Assembly: GCA_938091905.1 (NCBI GenBank)
Contig: CALKOM010000041.1
Location: forward strand, 1 to 17,400
Source: an uncultured Verrucomicrobiales bacterium
Lineage (GTDB): Bacteria; Verrucomicrobiota; Verrucomicrobiia; Verrucomicrobiales; DEV007
DNA length: 17,400 nucleotides
Reading direction: 5' to 3'
The notes below the pieces were generated by a model, which saw only the letters and a list, made by a program, of their open reading frames with translations, was not told the DNA's origin and ran no database searches. A program made the position numbers and the translations under genes. Below are positions 1-8,271 of the stretch, in pieces (the first letter of the stretch is position 1; each line of letters starts with the position of its first letter).

Positions 1-1
1 G

Positions 2-1090
2 ATGGCCAAACCGATAGCAGACTATCGACCGGCCAATGAGGCGATCTATTCCAATCGAGTCACATTTGGTGTGCAATCGTTGGGCTTTCACAAGTCTGTG
101 TTCAATGAGGCGATGGCGATCGTTGAGTTCCACGATCGGTGCAGTATCCTTGAACGGGTCAAACCGAGCCATCTTAAGCGGAAGATCGGGGTGGGACGTC
201 CCGTCGTTGATGCCTCGTTTTATCGGGCGCTCTATGAGTCGAATTGCCTGCTCATCTGTCCGGCTGTGTGGAACTTCCAGGTGCGGCAAGATGGGGGTTA
301 TAACGACAATCTATCGTTCCTCAGTCCGTTCTTTCTCTATTCGGTAGGGAAGTCCGGTTCTGATAGCTATCTCATGAAGCCGATTCTGTATGCCGCGGCT
401 TCTTTCTCACCGGAACTGAAGACCAGGATGCTGCGTAGCGGCACTTATGTGCCGTCCCTGCTTGGGCTCTTCAAGGCACAATTGGGAGGCGGCGACCTTC
501 TCAGTGCGGCCGCGCATCCTTCAGCCTATACCCTGCCCGAGTCCGGGCCTTTTCTTGAGCTGCTGATTAACAAGGCTCATAAACTGAAGCACATCCCTCC
601 GGTGACGCGCGTGAGATGTGTAGGAGAGAAGCCTGATGATCTCGTCCTTGTGGAAGAGCGCTACCTGATTACCTCAGCGTTGCGGGAGGGGGAAGTGCTA
701 GAATTGGAGATCGATTTAAGTGATAGTTGGACGGATGTTGGACAGAAGTATTTAGCTGCCGAGGGCAAGATTCTGAGAGAACCCGACGGCACGGAAACCC
801 TTCAGGCCGACCTGAAGAAGCTTCTGGTGGAGTTCACGGAGCGGCATCCTCTGGTCGAGCAGACCCGAGCGCGTATCAAGAAGGCACAGAAGAAGCAGTC
901 GACGTTGGCAAAAGTTGCCGGGCACGAATCGCGCTGGAGACTTCGGGTGCCGTGGCAATCGATGTGCAACACGACCGGGCTCAAACGTACTGATGTTGTC
1001 TTTGTGGCGAACGATGGCGCTTACGATGGGGCACCTGCGTATGTTTCGGTGAGGCACCTGCAGCAATCGGATCGTTGGCTGCGAGAATGA
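2..1090 (+). CDS. Uncharacterised protein, probably 5'-truncated by the window edge
   Basis: 362-codon ORF starting at base 2 and ending at TGA 1088-1090, with protein-like composition and co-oriented with uppP. No family assignable by eye; the true start may lie upstream of the window. Confidence 0.75.
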   Translation: MAKPIADYRPANEAIYSNRVTFGVQSLGFHKSVFNEAMAIVEFHDRCSILERVKPSHLKRKIGVGRPVVDASFYRALYESNCLLICPAVWNFQVRQDGGYNDNLSFLSPFFLYSVGKSGSDSYLMKPILYAAASFSPELKTRMLRSGTYVPSLLGLFKAQLGGGDLLSAAAHPSAYTLPESGPFLELLINKAHKLKHIPPVTRVRCVGEKPDDLVLVEERYLITSALREGEVLELEIDLSDSWTDVGQKYLAAEGKILREPDGTETLQADLKKLLVEFTERHPLVEQTRARIKKAQKKQSTLAKVAGHESRWRLRVPWQSMCNTTGLKRTDVVFVANDGAYDGAPAYVSVRHLQQSDRWLRE

Positions 1091-1132
1091 CGTTTCCCTT
1101 GCCTGGCGCTACCATTGGCTCTAAGAGCCAGC

Positions 1133-1975
1133 ATGGACTGGTGGCAAGCATTCATCCTTGGAATCGTTGAAGGTGTAACGGAATATCTCCCCGTATCTTC
1201 AACTGGGCATTTGATCTTGACGCAGCATGCGTTGAACATCCCTCCGTCTGAGGCAGCCAATGCTTACGCTATCTGCATCCAGGCGGGGGCGATTCTGGCT
1301 GTGCTTGGGGTCTACTGGAAACATGTCATGGAGATTGTGGCAGGTTGGTTAGGAAAGGTTGGGATCGGGAAGGGCGATGAAGAGGGATTCCGTTTGGGCG
1401 TTTGTATTATCGCAGCCTTCATCCCGGCAGCGGTTCTTGGGCTGCTCTTTGACGATAAGATCGAAGAGAAGCTGTTCAATTTGACTACCATTGTCATTGC
1501 TTGGTTTGTCGGTGGCGTTGCTATTCTCGCGACCGTCTACTATCGGCGAAGGCGCAAAGATGTGCAGGGCGCGGGGAAATCATTAGCACAGCTCACGTGG
1601 AAACTCGCGGTGATCATTGGCTTCATTCAATGCATAGCGATGTGTCCGGGTACATCGCGAAGTCTCGTGACGATTGTTGGAGGAGTGCTAGTTGGATTGA
1701 GTCTCAGTGCTGCTGTAGAATTTAGTTTTTTGTTAGGAGTTCTTACTCTTTGTGCGGCGACGGTATACAAGGCCAAAGATGCAGGCCCCTTGATGGTAGC
1801 GGAATACGGGTGGGGGCCGATGCTGGTCGGTTCATTCGCTGCTTGGATCTCGGCCGTGATTGCGGTAAAGTGGATGGTGAGTTACCTGCAGAAGCACAGC
1901 ATGGCTGTATTCGGTTACTATCGCATCGCGCTCGCGATTATCGTGGGAGGTGCGATGTTTATGGGATTTAGATAA
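1133..1975 (+). CDS. uppP: Undecaprenyl-diphosphate phosphatase (BacA/UppP)
   Basis: BacA signatures LGIVEGVTEYLPVSSTGHL and PGTSRS plus A..FSFLL; multiple hydrophobic helices. ATG at 1133 (MDWWQA) preferred over the TTG at 1115. Confidence 0.96.
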   Translation: MDWWQAFILGIVEGVTEYLPVSSTGHLILTQHALNIPPSEAANAYAICIQAGAILAVLGVYWKHVMEIVAGWLGKVGIGKGDEEGFRLGVCIIAAFIPAAVLGLLFDDKIEEKLFNLTTIVIAWFVGGVAILATVYYRRRRKDVQGAGKSLAQLTWKLAVIIGFIQCIAMCPGTSRSLVTIVGGVLVGLSLSAAVEFSFLLGVLTLCAATVYKAKDAGPLMVAEYGWGPMLVGSFAAWISAVIAVKWMVSYLQKHSMAVFGYYRIALAIIVGGAMFMGFR

Positions 1976-2117
1976 CGTGGTGCTAGTTATCGTTGATGCG
2001 ATTGATCACGGAGGAAGTTGTTTAAGAAGAATTAATAGTTAGGTGACCAAGATAGGTTCAAAACGCTTTCCGCTTGCGGATTGAGGCGCTCCGTTAACGG
2101 TTCCTGTAGCATTATTC

Positions 2118-2954
2118 ATGGATCGCACCCGTACGTTCTTCGCCAGCTTTGCCCTGATTTGGACAGCTCTGGCCACGCCACTTGCTGCGCGTGACGTCAT
2201 CCGCCAAGTGCTGGCAGACGGTTTCGACTTTCCAGTTGGTATTCCAGATGCCAAGGGATACTACAAGTTCCGAGGCTATACTCCGCCCGGACATCTGGGT
2301 GAGGATTGGAATGGCGTTGGTGGTGGCAATTCAGATATGGGGGACCCAATCTATTCCGTGGCCCACGGCGTTGTCGTGTTCTCTGACGATGTTCGAAGGG
2401 GATGGGGAAACTGTGTGATCGTGAGACATGCCTACCGCGATGATAGTGGGAAGATACGCTATGTTGATTCTCAGTATGGGCATCTCTTGAAGCGTTATGT
2501 GAAATTGTATGACCGGGTGAAACGAGGGCAGCAGATTGGCGAAATGGGGTCGAATCGCGGAATGTATGTGGCACACCTTCACTTTGAGATGCGCAAAGAG
2601 CTGCGCCTGGGCATGAATCGTACGTCGTGGCCGAAAGACAATTCTTGCTATTATCACCCTACCAATTTTATCAAAGCGCACCGTAAGCTGCGCACATCCA
2701 GTAAGGTCTACCCCATCGTTGTGAATACTTTTTTGGGGCAAGGGGAGCTTGGGCGAGACCCTCGGCTCAAGAATTTGAAAGTGGATATTGGCAAAGATGG
2801 ATTGGATCCTATCGAAGAAAAGAAGCCGAAAGAGCAGAATTCAGTATTGAAGAACATTCTTTCCAAATTGAGATCGGAAAAGCAGCAGAAGAAAGAGATG
2901 GAATCAGCTGAATCGCTCAAGAAAATGCGCAGGCGTCTGGAAGAGGAAGGTTAG
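2118..2954 (+). CDS. M23-family (LytM-like) metallopeptidase with signal peptide
   Basis: Signal peptide (FFASFALIWTALATPLAA); Zn motifs HLGED (HxxxD) and HLHFE (HxH); also YGHL and V.RGQQIG.MG typical of Peptidase_M23; Lys/Glu-rich C-tail. Confidence 0.9.
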   Translation: MDRTRTFFASFALIWTALATPLAARDVIRQVLADGFDFPVGIPDAKGYYKFRGYTPPGHLGEDWNGVGGGNSDMGDPIYSVAHGVVVFSDDVRRGWGNCVIVRHAYRDDSGKIRYVDSQYGHLLKRYVKLYDRVKRGQQIGEMGSNRGMYVAHLHFEMRKELRLGMNRTSWPKDNSCYYHPTNFIKAHRKLRTSSKVYPIVVNTFLGQGELGRDPRLKNLKVDIGKDGLDPIEEKKPKEQNSVLKNILSKLRSEKQQKKEMESAESLKKMRRRLEEEG

Positions 2955-3086
2955 GGGCTTTTCATAGTCTCCTTGACTGGGGGGATCAACTTGGTTGAGG
3001 TCTTATCTACGTGAGGAGGATCGGCACTATCTTGGCAATCAGCCTATGGAATGATGCGCCGTGTGACCTCGCGTATGGTATGGACT

Positions 3087-3251
3087 TTACCATTCGCCGC
3101 ACAGAGAGGAAAGAAGCAATACGGTTGAAACCGCCCAGAGCGGGAAACAGATGAGTCCGGCGAAGAATAGTAGCGCCAAGTTGATACCGATGCCGATCAG
3201 ACCGTAATCGACGCGCTCAATTCCACCGGTGTCTCTTAATTACTCAAGCAT
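3087..3251 (-). pseudogene. Possible decayed small membrane-protein ORF
   Basis: Minus strand reads MLE*LRDTGGIERVDYGLIGIGINLALLFFAGLICFPLWAVSTVLLLSSLCGEW*, a long hydrophobic run with a TAA at codon 4, inside an otherwise empty 536-bp gap. Confidence 0.25.
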
Positions 3252-3454
3252 TTGATAGGAATAGCGCCTCAGACGTTTTTGAATCAAGTATTCTTATCCG
3301 GTTTGAATTTAGACTATGTGGTTTGGCCACCGTATTAGCAAACGATGAGCCATGCGCACGAGAGGTCAAATCTGTCGAGTTGATCCCACCGTTTTGCAAC
3401 GCGTGGGATTCTTCTGGTTCTGGGGGCCAGTGAGGGAAATTGTATGTTAGGAGC

Positions 3455-3484
3455 TTGTCACGGTTTGGCGGCTGGAGTTATGTT
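3455..3484 (+). promoter_or_regulatory. Putative sigma-70 promoter, likely leaderless, for the oxidoreductase
   Basis: TTGTCA (3455-3460), 18-nt spacer, TATGTT (3479-3484), then 6 nt to ATG 3491; no Shine-Dalgarno downstream of the -10. Confidence 0.5.
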
Positions 3485-3490
3485 TAGCGT

Positions 3491-4849
3491 ATGAATCCGA
3501 ATCGACGCCAGTTTCTCAAAACGACTACTGCGACAAGTCTCGCTAGCACGCTCAGCTTCCCTGCTGTGCATGCCAAGCATCACGGAGGGAAGAAATACCG
3601 AACTGCTCTGATTGGCTCGGGGTGGTGGGGAATGAATATTCTCAATGAAGCCATGCGGGCGGGTCATTCCAAGGTGGTGGCTCTTTGCGATGTCGACGAC
3701 CGTCAGCTTCAGCCTGCTTTGAAGCACGTCGAGGACGCTAGTGGCAACAAAGCTAAGGCGTATCGTGATTATCGGGAAATGCTAGAGAAAGAAAAGCCAG
3801 AGATTGTTATCGTGGGTACCCCAGATCACTGGCACCCGCTGCAAACGATTGCTGCAGTGAATGCTGGCGCGCACGTCTATGTGGAGAAGCCTATCAGCCA
3901 TACGATCGCGGAAGGCCGGGCTATGGTGGAAGCGGCGCGAGCCACGGGAAAGATGGTTCAGGTAGGTACCCATCGTAGAGTGAGCGCCCATAACATGTCA
4001 GGGATGGATTTCCTGCGATCTGGGAAAGCTGGTAAGATTGGATCCGTACGTTGCTTCGTCCACTATGGCGGAGGCCGCGAGAAGCCGGTCAAGAATACTG
4101 AGCCGCCGAAGGAACTGGACTGGGACATGTGGTGTGGCCCTGCTCCGATGCGCCATTTCTGCGGAAACATTCCAGGCAGTTGGGGCAATGCGATCCATCC
4201 AAAGGGGTTTCGAAACTACCTCGACTATGCCAACGGCACGCTGGGCGATTGGGGAATCCATTGGTTGGACCAAGTCCTTTGGTGGAGCGATGAGGCTGCC
4301 CCGAAACGGGTTTTCTCAACCGGTGGTCGACCTGTCGCGGGTACTCCTGTTTACACCGAGGAGCATCAAACAACGGACGCGCCGGATCATCAAATGGCCG
4401 TCTATGAATTTGAAGATTTTACCATGACCTGGGAACACCGAAAGTTCGCGGGTAATAATACAGATAAGGGGGAGAATGTTGGCTGCTATTTCTATGGCAC
4501 AGAGGGTGTCCTACATCAAGGTTGGCGAGATGGGTGGACTTTCTATCCTAACAATAAAAAAGCACCTCTCATACACCAGGCTCCTGAGTTGCACGCTCCC
4601 GATTCTCAGAACATCCGCGAACTCTGGTCCGATTTCCTAGCAAGTATCGACGACAAGAAGCGCCTGCCGGTATGCGATATTGAGATTGGGCATCGGTCGA
4701 CGACGGCCAGTTTGTTAGGGATGCTTTCGCTCAAGCTTGGTCGCAGCGTAGAGTGGGATGGTGAACGCGAGCGGGTTGTTGGTGATCCGGCGGCTAATGT
4801 CCATCTCCGGCGAGACTATCGTGGAGAGTGGGAATATCCCACAGCTTAG
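3491..4849 (+). CDS. Tat-exported Gfo/Idh/MocA-family NAD(P)-dependent oxidoreductase
   Basis: Twin-arginine NRRQFLK; Rossmann ALIGSGWWG; GTPDHWH; HVYVEKP; VQVGTHRR; LDWDMWCGPAP; GDWGIHWLD; C-terminal R.YR..W typical of the PVC/Bacteroidota subgroup. Confidence 0.93.
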   Translation: MNPNRRQFLKTTTATSLASTLSFPAVHAKHHGGKKYRTALIGSGWWGMNILNEAMRAGHSKVVALCDVDDRQLQPALKHVEDASGNKAKAYRDYREMLEKEKPEIVIVGTPDHWHPLQTIAAVNAGAHVYVEKPISHTIAEGRAMVEAARATGKMVQVGTHRRVSAHNMSGMDFLRSGKAGKIGSVRCFVHYGGGREKPVKNTEPPKELDWDMWCGPAPMRHFCGNIPGSWGNAIHPKGFRNYLDYANGTLGDWGIHWLDQVLWWSDEAAPKRVFSTGGRPVAGTPVYTEEHQTTDAPDHQMAVYEFEDFTMTWEHRKFAGNNTDKGENVGCYFYGTEGVLHQGWRDGWTFYPNNKKAPLIHQAPELHAPDSQNIRELWSDFLASIDDKKRLPVCDIEIGHRSTTASLLGMLSLKLGRSVEWDGERERVVGDPAANVHLRRDYRGEWEYPTA

Positions 4850-4880
4850 AGCAAAGATCCGACTTGCCGACAGGTAGAAG

Positions 4881-4908
4881 TCTCAGCGGCAATATTGCAG
4901 CGTTGAGA
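4881..4908. other. Imperfect inverted repeat 31 nt downstream of the oxidoreductase (possible 3' hairpin)
   Basis: TCTCAGCG-GCAATATTGC-AG-CGTTGAGA: outer arms pair with one G:U and the core GCAATATTGC is a perfect palindrome. No U-tract follows. Confidence 0.35.
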
Positions 4909-5000
4909 ACGGTTGTAGTAGTGAAACTATTCACCAGCTAGGTGGGCTGAATGGGTAGGTCTCGATTGTCCTCGGGTCCATCAGGGGCGATTGTTGAAAT

Positions 5001-5030
5001 TGAAGCGGTAGCCCCAAACGAAGCCATGTA
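5001..5030 (+). repeat. IS3 left inverted repeat (IRL)
   Basis: TGAAGCGGTAGCCCCAAACGAAGCCATGTA matches the reverse complement of the right end in two blocks. Confidence 0.75.
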
Positions 5031-5086
5031 GCTATTGAGAATCCGAAGGCTCGTCTGTGGTGTGCAACCCAAGTAAAACAGACGAA

Positions 5087-5403
5087 ATGAAACGAAAGAG
5101 AAGACACCTGACTCCTGAGTTCAAAGCGTGCATTGCGATCGAAGTCCTCCAGGGTATCAAGACAATCAACGAGATCGCTAAGGCCAATGAGCTAGCCCCA
5201 ACACAAGTGAGCCAGTGGAAGAAGGAACTGGAAGGGCGCGTGCCTGAGAGCTTTGCAGGTAAGAATCACGCCAAATCGGAACTGGCCCTCAAAGAGAAGC
5301 AGGAGCAGCGGTTGGAACGCAAAGTCGGTCAGCTCGTCATGGAGAAGGAGTTCCTTGAGAAAAGCGCTAGGAGCTGGGGATCGATCTCAGCGAAAAGCCA
5401 TGA
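5087..5403 (+). pseudogene. IS3 transposase OrfA (HTH), frameshifted near the C-terminus
   Basis: MKRKRRHLTPEFKACIAIE...TINEIAKANELAPTQVSQWKK is an HTH_Tnp_1-type domain followed by a zipper (LERKVGQLVMEKEFL). The likely original tail K-R-*-ELGIDLSEKP-TGA(5401-5403) lies in a shifted frame, implying a 1-nt loss in the A-run at 5360-5363 and a TAG at 5368. Confidence 0.85.
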
Positions 5404-6224
5404 TTGAAACTTAGCACTCCAAGCTTTCGATACGCCGGCAAAGCGCTCTCCTGGGAGTGAATCGCAACCGACTAACATCGAAGCCAACGCCGACCTCAGA
5501 GAAGGAGTTGAAGATGATGAAGCTTCTGGATGAACTCCACACGCGCTGGCTATTCTTGGGGCAGCGGAAGCTCATCCGAGAGCTTCGAGACCAAGGCATC
5601 GAGATAGGTCGAAAGCGACTACGTCGCCTCATGAGAACGATGGGCATTGAAGCCATTGCTCCGAAGCCCAAGCTCAGCGTTCCTGGCAAAGGCAACAAGA
5701 TCTATCCCTACCTCCTACGTGATCGGAAGGTCAGTGAGGTGGACGAGGTCTGGTGCACGGACATTACCTACATACCAATGGCAACCGGGCACGTCTATCT
5801 GATCGCGATCATGGACTGGCACAGTCGTGCTGTGTTGAGCTGGGAATTGAGCAACACTGGCGATACCGAGATGTGCTTGAGGGCTCTGGCGAAAGCGCTT
5901 CAAAGCGGGCGACGACCCAAGATCTTCAATACAGATCAAGGAAGCCAGTTTACGAGTAAAAAGTGGACCGAAGAGATCGAGTCCAATGGGATCAGGGTGA
6001 GCATGGACGGCAAGGGACGCTGGATGGACAACGTCTTCATCGAACGCCTGTGGCGAAGCCTGAAAGTTGAGAAGACGAGGCTATGGAGCTACGAAACCAT
6101 CCCCGAGTTGAAGGAGCATATTGATGAATAGATGGGCTACTACAACCACCAGCCAAAACATCAGCATCTGAACTACCAGACACCGTGGACGATCTACGGT
6201 TCTCAACCATGCCTAGCGGCATAA
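5400..6224 (+). pseudogene. IS3 transposase OrfB (DDE/rve integrase core) with two nonsense codons
   Basis: ATG 5400 overlaps the restored OrfA stop (ATGA) after an AAAAG motif. Reads MIET*HSKLSIRRQSALLGVNR...VWCTDITY...FNTDQGSQF...DNVFIERLWRSLK...HIDE*MGYYNHQPKHQHLNYQTP...TAA 6224; TAGs at 5412 and 6129. Confidence 0.9.
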
Positions 6225-6284
6225 AGGTCATCACACAGCACCAACAGCGAGCCTAACGAACACTCTACAATAAAACTACGAAAA

Positions 6285-6312
6285 TACTGGCTCCTAAAAG
6301 TAGACCGCTTCA
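6285..6312 (-). repeat. IS3 right inverted repeat (IRR)
   Basis: Reverse complement reads TGAAGCGGTCTACTTTTAGGAGCCAGTA. Confidence 0.75.
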
Positions 6313-6556
6313 ACTGAATCGCTTGGTCCTCTTCGGCGGTAGCCAAGAAGTGATCATACAGACGGCGGTTCAGAGCACGGTGATTCCTCCGCTAGGGTCT
6401 GGCCGACGGTTACGTAAGGCTTTAAAGCGCATACGTGAATGTGTTGAGGCGGTTCAAGTTAAGTCAACGAAAGCGTCGATCCAAGAAGATCTCACCGCCT
6501 GGAGCGGAGCCAATGGGAAATCTGATGCGGCTATTGTGCATAGAATTGCGTTAATG

Positions 6557-8200
6557 CTAGAGAGAGACGCCGCGCTTCCATGGAATGAAGTCATCTTGGC
6601 TGAGGCGCTGCGCACAGGTTTGATAGTGCCCACTTGCCGTGTCGATGACCAATTGGAAAAGGTCGTTGGCGAGGGTGTCTAGAGATGCCTCACCTGCAAT
6701 GATCGAACCCGTGTCGAAGTCAATGATATCGCTGAGATTCTGAGCGATGGTTGTATTGCTAGAAATTTTGATCACGGGAGTGACGGGATTCCCTGTTGGA
6801 GTACCAAGACCAGTTGAGAAGATGATTAGATTGGCCCCGGCTCCGGCCATGGCGGTTGTCGATTCGACATCGTTGCCTGGTGAACACAGGAGATTCAGGC
6901 CTTGGTTAGTTGTCCAGCCCGGGTAGTCGAGGACATCATTGACTGGAGAGGAGCCGCCTTTACGTGCAGCTCCTGCTGATTTCATCGCATCCGTGATGAG
7001 GCCATCAGCGATGTTTCCGTGGGATGGATTCTGGTCGAAACCAGAGCCTACCTTTTGTGCCGCAGCTTGGTAGGCTGCCATCAGTTTGAGAAATCGCTGG
7101 GCAATTTCTGGTGTAGAGCAGCGGTCGACGAGGTCTTGCTCTGCCCCGCAGAGTTCGGGAAATTCTGAGAGAATAACGCGGCCGTGCAGTGCCGCAAGGC
7201 GATCAGAAACAAGGCCAATGACAGGATTTGCGGAGATGCCCGAGAAGCCATCAGATCCTCCACACTCCACGCCCAGAGCGAGTTTGCTCAATGGAGCTGG
7301 TTGGCGAGAGAGTTTGTTGGCGTCAGCCATGCCTTGAAAGGTCGCCTTGAGAGCTGACCCAATCATCTGTCGTTCGGATTGGCTCTTCTGTTGTTCGAAG
7401 AAATGGAGCGGTTTCGAAAACAGCGGATCTCGTTTGTGAATTTCTTCTCTCAATTGGTCGAGCTGTGTCTTCTGACAGCCCAAGCTGAGGATGGTGGCTC
7501 CAGCAACATTGGGATGGGCAATGTATCCTGCTAACAAACCTGCGAGTGAATCAGAGTCGTTATCGGTGCCGCCGCAGCCCAAGGTGTGTGCTAGGAATTT
7601 GACGCCATCAACATTGGGAAAGAGACGGTTCCTGGTGATATCCTGTGAATCTGGATCGATGTCTGCAAGGGGGACTCCCTTTGCGTGCCCCTGGGCGAGC
7701 TGTTGAACATAGGCCTCGTAGGGCCGCGTGATCCCATAGCCAAGCGGCCCTAATAGAGCCTCTTTCATCAGCATTAGATTGCGATTCTCACAGAAGACTA
7801 GCGGGATGACGAGCCACTGGTTCGCCGTGCCAACACTGCCATTTTCGCGATGGTAGCCGTCAAAGGTGGTGTCCATCCATTGGGACACATCGGGAGTGCT
7901 CCAAGGGCGTGCTTCCTCATTGATCTGAGGGGCTTGAACCGCGTGCGTGACATTGCTCGTGTGAATGCCATGACCACGGGGTATGGGCTTATCTGCTTTG
8001 CCCACGGTCAGCCCGTACATGGTGATCGTGTCTCCGGTGCCGAGATTCCAGTCGGTGAATTTGTGTTTGGATTTGATGGCTTCCCCGACGCTAATGGCAT
8101 GGTCATCTACAGTAACGGTCTCGCCTGCAGCGAGATCGCGAAGGGCAACAATGACATTGTCTTTGGGATTTACTCGGAGGGCCTTGATGGGTTCGGGCAT
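6557..8200 (-). CDS. uxaA: Altronate dehydratase (UxaA family; SAF domain plus GD_AH C-terminal domain)
   Basis: N-terminal SAF domain (P.DNVIVAL, HKF, YG..VG.A...I..G..IHTSNV); GCGG; LGVECGGSDGFSGISANP; NPSHGN...GLIT...KS.GA..KGG; FSTGLGTPTGNPV.PVIKISSN; C-terminal PWKRGVSL. Start at 8200 preferred because the ATG at 8218 falls inside the predicted promoter spacer. GarD-like specificity is not excluded. Confidence 0.9.
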   Translation of the reverse strand: MPEPIKALRVNPKDNVIVALRDLAAGETVTVDDHAISVGEAIKSKHKFTDWNLGTGDTITMYGLTVGKADKPIPRGHGIHTSNVTHAVQAPQINEEARPWSTPDVSQWMDTTFDGYHRENGSVGTANQWLVIPLVFCENRNLMLMKEALLGPLGYGITRPYEAYVQQLAQGHAKGVPLADIDPDSQDITRNRLFPNVDGVKFLAHTLGCGGTDNDSDSLAGLLAGYIAHPNVAGATILSLGCQKTQLDQLREEIHKRDPLFSKPLHFFEQQKSQSERQMIGSALKATFQGMADANKLSRQPAPLSKLALGVECGGSDGFSGISANPVIGLVSDRLAALHGRVILSEFPELCGAEQDLVDRCSTPEIAQRFLKLMAAYQAAAQKVGSGFDQNPSHGNIADGLITDAMKSAGAARKGGSSPVNDVLDYPGWTTNQGLNLLCSPGNDVESTTAMAGAGANLIIFSTGLGTPTGNPVTPVIKISSNTTIAQNLSDIIDFDTGSIIAGEASLDTLANDLFQLVIDTASGHYQTCAQRLSQDDFIPWKRGVSL

Positions 8201-8209
8201 GGTAGGCGT

Positions 8210-8238
8210 AGCATGCATTTGAAGGTCAGAGTCGACAA
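8210..8238 (-). promoter_or_regulatory. Putative sigma-70 promoter for uxaA, very short or no leader
   Basis: Minus strand: TTGTCG (8238-8233), 17 nt, CATGCT (8215-8210), then 9 nt to ATG 8200. Confidence 0.4.
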
Positions 8239-8271
8239 GCTGCTTCCTCTCAGGTAGGGCTGGGGGGACAA

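Larger units (their letters stand above)
5001..6312 (+). mobile_element. IS3-family insertion sequence, 1312 bp, inactivated
   Basis: Ends 5'-TG...CA-3'; terminal inverted repeats TGAAGCGGT (5001-5009) / ACCGCTTCA (6304-6312) with a second matching block (GAAGCCATGTA vs GGAGCCAGTA); orfA/orfB organisation; size typical of IS3. Flanks AAT/ACT are only an imperfect 3-bp target duplication. Confidence 0.92.

Noticed and set aside
5368..6131. Three TAG codons in the IS3 transposase frames, suggesting amber recoding
   Set aside because: Host genes in this window end normally at TAG (2954, 4849, 17200), each TAG is one substitution from a sense codon, and a frameshift accompanies them; pseudogenisation explains it.
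6336..6344. GCGGTAGCC just outside the IRR, identical to part of the IRL
   Set aside because: Only 9 bp and lacks the terminal TG; compatible with chance.
6323..6682. 119-aa plus-strand ORF next to the IS right end
   Set aside because: TTG start, overlaps the uxaA 3' end antisense, no recognisable motif.
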